Below are positions 20,600 through 29,666 of a DNA stretch of 64,000 nt, piece by piece; within the stretch, counting starts at the first letter, position 1, and every line of letters starts with the position of its first letter. The notes under the pieces are model-generated. The model ran no database searches and had not been told where the DNA came from. It was given only the letters and a program-made list of their open reading frames with translations. Origin of the DNA: an uncultured Bacteroidia bacterium (GTDB lineage Bacteria; Bacteroidota; Bacteroidia; NS11-12g; UBA955); contig CALKCM010000010.1 of NCBI GenBank assembly GCA_938086785.1, positions 35,741 through 99,740 of the forward strand, given 5' to 3'. Made by a program: the position numbers and the translations under genes.

Positions 20600-21535
20600 T
20601 TGGCTCTTGTTGTGTTTTACTACGTTTATGATAAAACCAATTGGAATCAGACGTTTTCCTCCATTAAAAACGCAAATATGGCTTGGTTATCTTTTGCTAT
20701 TATATGGCTAATTTCATCTCACCTCCTTCGTGCTATTCGATGGAATATGTTAACTAAACCGAGTGGATACAGCCTAAATATCAGAAGAAGCTTTTATGCG
20801 GTTATGATTGGTTATATCGTAAATGTCGCCACCAGTAGAGGGGGAGAAATTGCCCGATGTGCGGCAGTTAGCAAGAGCGAAAAAGCACCTGTAGATTTTT
20901 TAATTGGAACCGTTATCACAGAGCGCATTATAGATATGTTTATTATGGTCAGTCTCTGTTTTCTATGTCTTGCTACGCAGTATCAGTACATTTGGAATTT
21001 TGTAGATACCTATATTTTCAGCAAGATTACCCCACTTATGCCTATATGGTTGGCGGGCCTATTATTCCTTGCAGCTAGTGCAGGTCTTGTATGGTTTTTA
21101 AAATCACGCCAAACAAAGTCTCAGGGCAAAGATGGCATTATTCAACGTCTCTTTAAAGGCGTAAAGAGTATCTTCACACTTAAAAATCCATGGCTTTTTA
21201 TTTTTTATAGTGTACTTATTTGGGTGGGTTATTGGATGGGAGTGTATGGAACATTGCAAGCCTTGGAAGTAACCGAACACTTACATTTTTGGGCTTCACT
21301 CTCCACCTTGCTTTTTTCAGCCGTAGGAATTGCGATTCCATTACCTGCTGGAGCAGGAGTATGGGCCGCCATTTCCTTTGGACTTACTACAGTTTACAAC
21401 GTTCCTTCAGAACATGCTGAGACATTTGGAATATTTAATCTAGCTATATCGAACATCTTAGTTATTTCACTGGGAGGCTTAAGCGCTCTTCTGTGGTGGA
21501 TAGAACTACAAAAAATTGAAAAAGAGAATGGATAA
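20600..21535 (+). CDS. Flippase-like (LPG_synthase_TM / UPF0104) integral membrane protein, copy A
   Basis: About 8 TM segments, with RAIRWNML and a [11 protein letters not shown]-type loop typical of the MprF-flippase-like family. The frame is open back to 20555, so the true start (ATT, CTG or TTG) is uncertain. Confidence 0.6.
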   Translation: MALVVFYYVYDKTNWNQTFSSIKNANMAWLSFAIIWLISSHLLRAIRWNMLTKPSGYSLNIRRSFYAVMIGYIVNVATSRGGEIARCAAVSKSEKAPVDFLIGTVITERIIDMFIMVSLCFLCLATQYQYIWNFVDTYIFSKITPLMPIWLAGLLFLAASAGLVWFLKSRQTKSQGKDGIIQRLFKGVKSIFTLKNPWLFIFYSVLIWVGYWMGVYGTLQALEVTEHLHFWASLSTLLFSAVGIAIPLPAGAGVWAAISFGLTTVYNVPSEHAETFGIFNLAISNILVISLGGLSALLWWIELQKIEKENG

Positions 21536-22007
21536 AATTCAATCTTGGGAAGAAGCCCAGAATACATTAGCAAAATGGAAAGGCAAAAAACACACGACTG
21601 TTTTCACCAATGGATGCTTTGATATTCTTCACGCAGGACATGTGTCCTATCTAAAAAAAGCAAAAGAACTAGGTCACAAACTTATTCTAGGTTTAAATAG
21701 CGACCAAAGTGTTCAGCGCATGCAAAAATCTCCCAACAGACCCCTTCAATCAGAAACAAGTCGAAGTATTGTAATGGCCGGCCTAGAATCTGTTGATCTG
21801 GTCGTTGTTTTTAATGAAGACACTCCTCTGGAGCTCATAAAAGCTCTAAAACCCAATGTATTAGTAAAAGGTGCCGACTATAAAATAGAGGATATTGTGG
21901 GAGGAAAGGAAGTGATCTCATGGGGAGGATCTGTTGAAACTATTGAGTTCCTAGACGGATACTCAACAACAGCTATCGAACAAAAAATACTTAATCAAAA
22001 ATCATAA
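21528..22007 (+). CDS. Stand-alone RfaE domain II-type cytidylyl/adenylyltransferase (D-glycero-beta-D-manno-heptose 1-phosphate adenylyltransferase-like)
   Basis: [16 protein letters not shown] (HxGH motif), GLNSD.SV and VLVKGADY. The ATG at 21528 overlaps the upstream stop (ATGGATAA). There is no fused kinase domain. Confidence 0.8.
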   Translation: MDKIQSWEEAQNTLAKWKGKKHTTVFTNGCFDILHAGHVSYLKKAKELGHKLILGLNSDQSVQRMQKSPNRPLQSETSRSIVMAGLESVDLVVVFNEDTPLELIKALKPNVLVKGADYKIEDIVGGKEVISWGGSVETIEFLDGYSTTAIEQKILNQKS

Positions 22008-22012
22008 AATCT

Positions 22013-22930
22013 ATGGTTGACGTTCCGAAGAAAAAAAAATTCGGCGTTCTTGATATCGCCAAATACTTTATTTTCGCCGCTTTTGCCATTTGGGCATTTA
22101 CGTATATCAAAGATCTAACATCAAAAGATGCCTTAAGCAAACTATTTATAAAAACCCCTTGGTGGGTATATTTTGGAGCATTGATAGGCACAGTAATCAA
22201 CTGGCTTTTAGAGTCTGCTAAATGGCATAAGTTAATAAATACCATACAAGTGAGCTCCTACACCACTTCCATAAAGGCGGTTTTATCTGGAACGGCTGTG
22301 GGCAATTTGCTCCCCTATAAAATAGGCGAGTATTTAGGCAAACTGTATTTTGTAGATTCAAATAAGAGAGCCTTAAGCATTCCACTCTCATTTATCAGCA
22401 GCACCATTCAACTCTTTGTAAATCTAAGCTTATGCATCATTCCAGCTATTTATATTTTAGGAAATACTGCAATTGCTGCTATGAACTGGCAAAAAGTTCT
22501 GATCATTTTTAGTCTGGCAATACTCGCTTTTTTCTTGGCATTTCAACATCCCAAATTTAAGAAATGGATGCTTGATATTCGTGCCCATTTTAACTTACTA
22601 ACCCTTAAGGTACTTCTACAGGTTTCATCAATTGCCCTCCTGCGATTTCTATTTTTTCTGAGTGCATATGCCTTTGTACTTCATGAAATGACTGAACTGA
22701 GCTGGACACAACTATATATGGGTATTTGTGCCATCTATTTCATGCAAAGTTTTGCCCCCGGGATGCTAATAACCGACGGACCCGTACGCATTCTATTACC
22801 ATTAGTTGTATTTAAAGCCATGGGAGCCAATGAAACAGTCCTTATTGCCGCATCCATTATTAACTATCTTGCATCCGTTATTCTTCCTTCACTAGTAGGA
22901 GTATTATTTATAGCACTCCGCAAACGATGA
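22013..22930 (+). CDS. Flippase-like (LPG_synthase_TM / UPF0104) integral membrane protein, copy B
   Basis: 305 aa, about 8 TM segments, same overall layout as copy A (ESAKWHKL, GEYLGK loop). Confidence 0.5.
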   Translation: MVDVPKKKKFGVLDIAKYFIFAAFAIWAFTYIKDLTSKDALSKLFIKTPWWVYFGALIGTVINWLLESAKWHKLINTIQVSSYTTSIKAVLSGTAVGNLLPYKIGEYLGKLYFVDSNKRALSIPLSFISSTIQLFVNLSLCIIPAIYILGNTAIAAMNWQKVLIIFSLAILAFFLAFQHPKFKKWMLDIRAHFNLLTLKVLLQVSSIALLRFLFFLSAYAFVLHEMTELSWTQLYMGICAIYFMQSFAPGMLITDGPVRILLPLVVFKAMGANETVLIAASIINYLASVILPSLVGVLFIALRKR

Positions 22931-24009
22931 TTTGGGCTTTATACATACTCAGTTTTATGTATTGCTTCCATATGGCAATTCAGATTTTTAGATTCAAAAA
23001 ATTTCCAAAAAAAACATCTTATAAAATCACAAAAGAACTCCCCTTAAGTATTATTCTTCCTTTCAAAAATGAGGCAAGTCATCTTCCCAACCTTTTAAAA
23101 AGTCTAGAAGAATTAAACTATGCGAATCATGAGTTCATTTTTGTCGATGATTCTTCCACAGATAAAGGATCTGATATAATTAACAAGCATAACAGCCCAA
23201 AAATATTGATTAGCAATGAAAATGAACCAGGTAAAAAAGGGGCTTTAGAAACAGGCATTAGACATGCTAAAAATAACTATATTATTACTTGGGATTCAGA
23301 TATTACGGTTCACTCCGAAATTTTAACTGAATTCAATCAGTATTTCCAACAAAACGAAGATATGATTTTAGGACCTGTCTCGTTTTCAGCTAAAAACAAT
23401 TTCATTGCAAATTATGGAATGCTTGAAAACACCAGTCTAGTGGCCTTTGGCCTAATGGATGCAAAGGCGAATAAGCCAAACATGGCTAATGGAGCAAACT
23501 TTGGATTCAAACGAGATTTATTTTTATCTCTTGGTGGCTATTCAAGCAATAAAGCCCATGCCGGGGGCGATGACGAGTTTTTGATGCATTTATTTATGAA
23601 AGCGGGTGCTAAAATAGCTGCTTTATCTTCAACAAATGCAATGGTCTATTCTCAATCCATGCCCAACTGGAAACAGTTTATCCATCAACGAATTCGTTGG
23701 GGTAAGAAAGTAAATGAATATCCCAATAACTTAATCAAAAAATACCTTACTAGCCAACTATTGTTCATTGCTTACTTAACCCTATCCGTCCTCGCTATTT
23801 GCAACCAACACTATCTTCCCTTAGCTCTTGTTTTGGGTGCAAAAATTACCATAGATTTAACTTGGTTTATTGCGATCAAAGCGTTCTTCCAAATCAAAAT
23901 TGACTATGCCTACGCACTGCTAAGTAGTGTTTTCCAAATACTCATTATACCCCTCGTTTTTGTTCATGTCTTAATTGGAAAAGCAGAATGGAAAGGAAGA
24001 GACATTTAG
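22927..24009 (+). CDS. Membrane glycosyltransferase family 2 with QxxRW motif
   Basis: LSIILPFKNEASHL, FVDDSSTD, WDSDITV, GGDDEF and QRIRWGKK, with N- and C-terminal TM helices. ATGA overlap with the upstream gene. Confidence 0.8.
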   Translation: MIWALYILSFMYCFHMAIQIFRFKKFPKKTSYKITKELPLSIILPFKNEASHLPNLLKSLEELNYANHEFIFVDDSSTDKGSDIINKHNSPKILISNENEPGKKGALETGIRHAKNNYIITWDSDITVHSEILTEFNQYFQQNEDMILGPVSFSAKNNFIANYGMLENTSLVAFGLMDAKANKPNMANGANFGFKRDLFLSLGGYSSNKAHAGGDDEFLMHLFMKAGAKIAALSSTNAMVYSQSMPNWKQFIHQRIRWGKKVNEYPNNLIKKYLTSQLLFIAYLTLSVLAICNQHYLPLALVLGAKITIDLTWFIAIKAFFQIKIDYAYALLSSVFQILIIPLVFVHVLIGKAEWKGRDI

Positions 24010-24050
24010 ATGCCTTGATTTACCCTCGAGAATCACTATTTTCGTAGGGT

Positions 24051-26585
24051 ATGCCACGCATTCTCCTAACGCTAATCTCCATCCTCTACCTGTCCCCTAT
24101 TTTTAGTCAATTTACCGATAGTTTTAGCGATGGTGATTTTAGCGCTAATCCCTCATGGATATCTAATTCTGGAGATTTCATCATAGATGATTCAGAATTA
24201 AGAAGCAATAAAGGAGATGCCAATAGCTTTGGAATAAGCACCCTTTTAGGTTCAAATATTTCCATCTGGAACTTCAGTTTCAAACTGAGTTTCAATCCTT
24301 CTTCAGCCAATTACATGCATGTATTCCTGAGTTCCGATTCATTAGTAGAAAATGCACAAAATGGGTATTATGTAAAAATTGGAAACACAAAAGATGAAAT
24401 CAGCCTGTATAAGTTAACGGATGGAGTATCTATCGAGATAATATCTGGGACGGATGATTTGTTGGACAAGAGCAGCAGTGCCTTTGATGTTTCCGTTCAG
24501 TATAAAAAAGACTCTTGGTACTTATATCAAAAACCAACGGGCACCATTCCGTTTCGCAAAGAAGGCGCCTACTCGGAGACTGCAGTTGACTTATCGACCT
24601 ATTTTGGAGCCTTTATAAAGCAAAGTAAATCGAATGCGGGCAAACATTACCTCGATAATTTTTTTGTTGGTCAACCACCCATTGATAACACATCTCCACA
24701 AATAGTATCCGTAAAGGCTTTGAACAATACAGACATTGAAATTCTTTTAAGTGAACCTATAAAGAGCGTTAATAACCTTCAGCTCACCGTAGATGGAGTA
24801 TTCGCCCAAAGCATTCTAAATTCTTTCCCGAGCAGCAGCCTTCAGGCCCGTTTTGCAAATCCCTTTCCCAAAAATAAATCTATCTCTGTAGCGTTAAAAG
24901 ACATCGAAGATTTAGCAGGGAATCAAACATTACTATCAAGCTATAATTGGGTTAATGTACAATTTGACTCAGCTGTTTACGGAGATATTATTCTTACAGA
25001 AATCATGAGTGTTCCAACTCCTGTTGTCGGCAGTCTACCCAACAATGAATATGTCGAGATATATAATCGAAGTCCAAAATATATAGATCTTTCGCAGTAC
25101 TCTTTTTCAGATGCAACAAATACTGTGGATATGCCCCAGATTAGCCTAAAACCTTATTCATATGTAATTCTCTCTCATGAGGATTATGATATGAGCAGTT
25201 ATGGCCAATGGGTTCCACTATCTATTTTCCCCAGTCTAAATAATGATGGAGACCAAGTATCAATAAAAAGTGCATCGGGAACTATCATACACCAAGTAAA
25301 TTATAAATCTGATTGGCATGAGAATGCACTAAAAAAGCAAGGAGGGTGGAGCTTAGAAATGATTGATACTCAGAAGTTTTGTTTGGGTGCAAACAACTGG
25401 ACCTCGAACCAAAGTTATGGTGGAAGTCCCGGGATTTTAAATGCTGCAAATGCATCCATCGTCATTGAAGCAGATTTTGCCATTGAAAGTGCGTTTGTGC
25501 AAAATGGAAATATTCATGTACTCTTCAACGAGAATAGTTCAGATTGCTCCAATTGTGTAGCGGAAATTTCCGATATAGGAGTGACATTAGACATCGTAAG
25601 TATAAATGGATCAGAGTTAATCCTCAGCTCCACTCTCCCCTTAATTCCTGATATTATTCATGATTTAGAACTCAGTGGTTTTAAAAGTTGTGATGGAAGA
25701 AACTTATCTAAAACTAGCATCAAATTTGGACGAAAAACAGAACGAGAAATCAATCCTTGGGATTTAATTGTCAATGAAATATTATTTAATCCCAAAAACA
25801 ATGATGATGATTACGTTGAAATCTACAACCGCAGCAACAAAATTATTGACTTGCAAGAAGTTTTTATTGCTAATGCCAACGATGATGGAAGTATCAAGGA
25901 TGCATTTCAGATTTACACGAGCCCACTCACCATTTTACCGCAGTCATACACAGCTATAACAACTAGTAAATTAAATACATTAAGCCAGTACTCTCCTCCC
26001 TCATCTGCATCAGTTACTGAAATAGATAAAATGCCTACCTATTCAAATGATAAAGGCACCGTAATACTTATATCTAAAACCAACATTATTCTGCACTCAT
26101 TTTTTTACGAAGACGACCTTCATTTTGAGCTTTTACTCAATAAAGATGGGGTCAGCCTAGAGCGAAGTCACCTAGACACAACCAATGAACATTGGAGCAG
26201 CGCCTCTTATAAAGTCAATTATGGTACTCCAGGGTATAAAAATTCCCAGTTCAGAAATATACCTAACTCCACTTCATTTGCCACCTTACTGTCCAAAACA
26301 GTGAGTCCTGACGGAGATGGATGGGAAGACAAGTTATTGATAAGAATTAATAGCCAACAATTGCCATCAGCCATTAACCTTACCATTTACAACGAATATG
26401 GTCAGCTCATGAGAAAAGTAAAATCTCAACAAGTGCTGGGGCAAGGTGACATCATAGAATGGGATGGCATTTTTAATAATGGCACTGCACCCATGGGTAA
26501 TTACATTGCTCTTGTTGAAGCTATTGGGAATAACGGATCTATTGAAAAGGCAAGACTGATTTTTACAATTTTAAAAAGGCAATAA
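24051..26585 (+). CDS. Large secreted multidomain protein: N-terminal beta-sandwich, Ig-like modules, two lamin-tail domains (LTD), T9SS type-B C-terminal sorting domain
   Basis: Signal peptide MPRILLTLISILYLSPIFSQ. LTD signatures occur twice: ILTEIMSVP...NEYVEIYNRSPKYIDLSQYSF (about nt 24972-25436) and IVNEILFNPKNNDDDYVEIYNRSNKIIDLQEVF (about nt 25752-26249). The C-terminus VSPDGDGWEDKLLI...LTIYNEYGQLM...WDGIFNNGTAPMGNYIALV resembles the gliding-motility/CHU_C type-B CTD. Confidence 0.7.
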   Translation: MPRILLTLISILYLSPIFSQFTDSFSDGDFSANPSWISNSGDFIIDDSELRSNKGDANSFGISTLLGSNISIWNFSFKLSFNPSSANYMHVFLSSDSLVENAQNGYYVKIGNTKDEISLYKLTDGVSIEIISGTDDLLDKSSSAFDVSVQYKKDSWYLYQKPTGTIPFRKEGAYSETAVDLSTYFGAFIKQSKSNAGKHYLDNFFVGQPPIDNTSPQIVSVKALNNTDIEILLSEPIKSVNNLQLTVDGVFAQSILNSFPSSSLQARFANPFPKNKSISVALKDIEDLAGNQTLLSSYNWVNVQFDSAVYGDIILTEIMSVPTPVVGSLPNNEYVEIYNRSPKYIDLSQYSFSDATNTVDMPQISLKPYSYVILSHEDYDMSSYGQWVPLSIFPSLNNDGDQVSIKSASGTIIHQVNYKSDWHENALKKQGGWSLEMIDTQKFCLGANNWTSNQSYGGSPGILNAANASIVIEADFAIESAFVQNGNIHVLFNENSSDCSNCVAEISDIGVTLDIVSINGSELILSSTLPLIPDIIHDLELSGFKSCDGRNLSKTSIKFGRKTEREINPWDLIVNEILFNPKNNDDDYVEIYNRSNKIIDLQEVFIANANDDGSIKDAFQIYTSPLTILPQSYTAITTSKLNTLSQYSPPSSASVTEIDKMPTYSNDKGTVILISKTNIILHSFFYEDDLHFELLLNKDGVSLERSHLDTTNEHWSSASYKVNYGTPGYKNSQFRNIPNSTSFATLLSKTVSPDGDGWEDKLLIRINSQQLPSAINLTIYNEYGQLMRKVKSQQVLGQGDIIEWDGIFNNGTAPMGNYIALVEAIGNNGSIEKARLIFTILKRQ

Positions 26586-27406
26586 TGCTAGCATCCGATT
26601 ACTTTATTCAGTTTAGTCAGCGTTTAAGCGGACACCCTAAAGAAGAACACCAAGCTATTTTTAAAGAACTACTCCATTACCATAAAATTCACTCTAATGG
26701 AAATTGGCATGAATTAACCATTGAGGATAATTTAATAGCCAAAATAGAGGAGCAACTGATCGCATTGAACACACACAAACCTCTACAGTATGTTTTGGGC
26801 ATAGCCCCCTTCTACAATATAGATATAAAGGTAAGTGAGCATACGCTCATCCCAAGACCAGAAACAGAAGAGTTGGTTCATTTTATTTTAGAAGAAAATA
26901 AGGGCAATACTTTGCATGTACTTGATATTGGTACAGGTTCAGGATGCATTCCAGTAACTCTCCTAAAAAATAGACAGCAATGGACTGCGCTCGGCGTAGA
27001 TATTGATGAAAAAGCCCTAAAAATTGCGTTACTAAATGCAAAAGAACACAAAATAAGTCCTAGAGTAGCCTTTGAAAAAATGGACGTTTTGAGGGAAAAC
27101 TTCAACCTAAAGGATGTGAGTATCCTTGTTTCTAACCCTCCCTATATTAGTGAATCTGAAAAAGCGATGATGACTAAAACGGTATTAGATTTTGAGCCAG
27201 AAAAAGCCCTCTTTGCAGACACAGGAGACCCCCTAATCTTTTACAGGAGAATAGCCAAGGAAATGACAACTCAGAAGTATGGAGGAAAAGCTTATTTTGA
27301 AATAAATCCTATTTATGCTGAAGAAATAATTACTATTTTCCAGTCGTTTAACCCAACTCTTTTGAGAGATATGCAACAAAAGAATAGATTCTTATGTATT
27401 TCTTAA
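26585..27406 (+). CDS. prmC: Peptide chain release factor N5-glutamine methyltransferase
   Basis: PLQYVLG, LIPRPETE, VLDIGTGSGCI and VSNPPYI motifs. TAATG overlap with the LTD gene stop. Confidence 0.9.
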   Translation: MLASDYFIQFSQRLSGHPKEEHQAIFKELLHYHKIHSNGNWHELTIEDNLIAKIEEQLIALNTHKPLQYVLGIAPFYNIDIKVSEHTLIPRPETEELVHFILEENKGNTLHVLDIGTGSGCIPVTLLKNRQQWTALGVDIDEKALKIALLNAKEHKISPRVAFEKMDVLRENFNLKDVSILVSNPPYISESEKAMMTKTVLDFEPEKALFADTGDPLIFYRRIAKEMTTQKYGGKAYFEINPIYAEEIITIFQSFNPTLLRDMQQKNRFLCIS

Positions 27407-27429
27407 AATAATTTTTACAAAAAAAAGGA

Positions 27430-27849
27430 TTAATTATCCGATTTTTTTGGTCTACCTACAGGTCTTTTAACCTTAGGTTCATCTGATATTATATTTTTTC
27501 TGGGACGACCCACAGGACGTTTAGGTCCCGTTTTAACAGGATGAATTCGAGGACGACCTACCGGACGAGTAGGACCTGTTTTCACAGGATGTATTCTTGG
27601 CCTTCCTACCGGGCGCTTAGGACCTGTATCAATAGGGTGAATTCTTGGCCTACCCACCGGGCGCTTAGGGCCCGTTTTAATTGGATGAATGCGAGGGCGA
27701 CCAGGACCTCTTTTAGTTGCAGCCGATTTTATCGCAAGTTGCAAAAGCTCTTTGAGTTCCTTTACCTCATCTTTTATTAATTTAAGATCTGCTTTTATTG
27801 CTTTAAGCTTTAAAGTCTGTTTCTTAACTTTGCTTTCGAAGTTTAACAT
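27430..27849 (-). CDS. Small basic protein: N-terminal coiled coil plus six tandem AT-hook-like GRP modules (putative DNA minor-groove binder)
   Basis: 139 aa. Residues 1-45 are heptad-like and K/L/E-rich. Residues 46-139 read KRGPGRPRIHPIKT, then three 16-aa units (GPKRPVGRPRIHPIDT, GPKRPVGRPRIHPVKT, GPTRPVGRPRIHPVKT), then GPKRPVGRPRKN...KRPVGRPKKSDN. Confidence 0.7.
   Translation of the reverse strand: MLNFESKVKKQTLKLKAIKADLKLIKDEVKELKELLQLAIKSAATKRGPGRPRIHPIKTGPKRPVGRPRIHPIDTGPKRPVGRPRIHPVKTGPTRPVGRPRIHPVKTGPKRPVGRPRKNIISDEPKVKRPVGRPKKSDN
27445..27714 (-). repeat. In-frame 48-nt tandem coding repeats (16-aa AT-hook-like units)
   Basis: Three full units plus degenerate flanking units. 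The units differ at many synonymous positions while the peptide is nearly invariant. Confidence 0.85.
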
Positions 27850-27968
27850 TGATAATTACCTTTCGTGATTTTCGTTTAAAATATGTTGAGTATTAATTGA
27901 GTGTATACAAATATAAAAATAACAATCTATTTAAAAAAATATCTACTAATAAATTAAAAATTAATTGA

Positions 27969-29666
27969 GTGATAGAGCATAATAATAAACATCATATTAA
28001 TCATCTAACCAATGAAGAAATCATAGAATTATGCATCTCTTTAAGAGAAGAGTTCATTCAAACAATTCTTGAGTCAGGTGGCCATTTTGCGGGCAATTTA
28101 GGAGTTGTAGAGCTCACAACAGCTCTGCTGGCAAGTTTCAACCCTCCAAAAGATTCCATAATTTGGGATGTAGGGCATCAATCTTACATTTATAAGATGC
28201 TCACAGGAAGAAGAGACTCTCTGCATACAATTAGGCAAAAAGGTGGCCTTAGTGGCTTCCCAAAAATGGATGAGTCAGAATATGATTCCTTTGGCACTGG
28301 GCATAGTAGCACCGCGTTAAGCGCCAGCTTGGGCATAGCAACAGCAAAGTTTTTGAGACAGGACAATAGTAAAACAATTGCTATTATTGGTGATGGTGCA
28401 TTAACCGGAGGAATGGTTTGGGAGGCCTTAAATAATATTCCAGAAAAACCCCTAAATTTGATAATTATCATTAATGATAATCATATTGGAATAGATCCTA
28501 ATACTGGGAATATTGATGCGCATTTACAAAATATTAAAAATTGTGCAGTAAATATTTTTGACAATTTTGGCATTCAATATTCGGGCCCAATTGATGGACA
28601 TAATATTCCAGATTTAATGAATGTATTAAGCGAGGCAAAGCAGCAGAGTAAGCCTCAGATTATTCATATTAAGACTGTTAAAGGCAAGGGATATGAGCCC
28701 GCAGAAAAAAAACAAACGCAATTTCATGCGCGATCTAAATATGTAAAAATAAATAAACATCAGCCGGCGCAAAAAAAATGGCAAGATGTATTTGGGGAAT
28801 GTCTTGTTGAACTGGCAAAGACCAATAAAAAAATTGCGGCTATTACTCCAGCAATGCCTAGTGGAAGTGGATTAAATACGTTTATGAAGATGTATCCAGA
28901 AAGAAGCTTTGATGTGGGTATAGCTGAGCAGCATGCCTTAACTTTTGCAGCAGGAATGTCCACCCAAGGATATATCCCTTTTGTTAATATCTACAGCACA
29001 TTTTTACAACGTGCGTATGATCAACTAATTCATGATATCGCATTGCAAAATCTGCCTGTTGTGATTGCTGTTGACCGGGCTGGATTAGTGGGAGAAGACG
29101 GGCCGACACATCATGGTGCCTTTGACTTATCTTACCTGCTACCCATTCCTAATTTAATCATCACAGCTCCTGCAAACGAAGGGCAGTTTAGGTTTCTTTT
29201 AGAACAAGCAAGCACCACTCAATCGCCATTTATTATCAGGTATCCAAGGGGGAACATTCTCCGTGAGAGTTCTTTATCAACAGCGAAGAAAACTCTAATT
29301 GAACATAAGAAGGGTAGCGTTAATTTAGTAATAAGTGTAGGAAATAGCTCTTCTATTGTTTCAAAAATTAAAGATTACGGTTTCACCTGGATTCAACCGC
29401 TTTACCTCAAACCTCTTCCACTAGAGGAAATAATCTCTTATATCTCTAACCACTCAAACGTAGTTATTATAGAAGATGGAAGCCTAAAAGGTGGTATTGG
29501 TGAATTCATAAAATCTAAAATACAAGAAACTGATATAAAATCAACGATCCATTCCTTAGGAATAAAAGATCAGTTTGTTTCCCATGGATCTATTTCAGAA
29601 TTACAGGAAGAATGTGGTTTTTCTGAGAATGATATTATCCAATGCTTACAACCTATGACTAATTAA
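27969..29666 (+). CDS. dxs: 1-deoxy-D-xylulose-5-phosphate synthase (short form)
   Basis: GGHFAGNLGVVELTTAL, WDVGHQSY, IGDGALTGGMVWEALNN, GPIDGH, FDVGIAEQHA and DRAGLVGEDGPTHHG. There is no in-frame ATG in the first ~75 codons, so it apparently starts at the GTG at 27969. Confidence 0.9.
   Translation: MIEHNNKHHINHLTNEEIIELCISLREEFIQTILESGGHFAGNLGVVELTTALLASFNPPKDSIIWDVGHQSYIYKMLTGRRDSLHTIRQKGGLSGFPKMDESEYDSFGTGHSSTALSASLGIATAKFLRQDNSKTIAIIGDGALTGGMVWEALNNIPEKPLNLIIIINDNHIGIDPNTGNIDAHLQNIKNCAVNIFDNFGIQYSGPIDGHNIPDLMNVLSEAKQQSKPQIIHIKTVKGKGYEPAEKKQTQFHARSKYVKINKHQPAQKKWQDVFGECLVELAKTNKKIAAITPAMPSGSGLNTFMKMYPERSFDVGIAEQHALTFAAGMSTQGYIPFVNIYSTFLQRAYDQLIHDIALQNLPVVIAVDRAGLVGEDGPTHHGAFDLSYLLPIPNLIITAPANEGQFRFLLEQASTTQSPFIIRYPRGNILRESSLSTAKKTLIEHKKGSVNLVISVGNSSSIVSKIKDYGFTWIQPLYLKPLPLEEIISYISNHSNVVIIEDGSLKGGIGEFIKSKIQETDIKSTIHSLGIKDQFVSHGSISELQEECGFSENDIIQCLQPMTN

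Noticed and set aside
27445-27714. Regularly spaced 48-nt repeats, considered as a possible CRISPR array or minisatellite
   Set aside because: The repeats are contiguous with no spacers, in-frame within a clean ORF, and diverge mainly at synonymous sites. They are coding repeats. No cas genes are present in the window.
27541-27780. 79-aa plus-strand ORF opposite the AT-hook gene
   Set aside because: It is a mirror-frame artefact of the Gly/Pro/Arg-rich repeat, which lacks stop codons in the antisense frame. It has no start context and its repetitive RT/SR-rich sequence is not protein-like.
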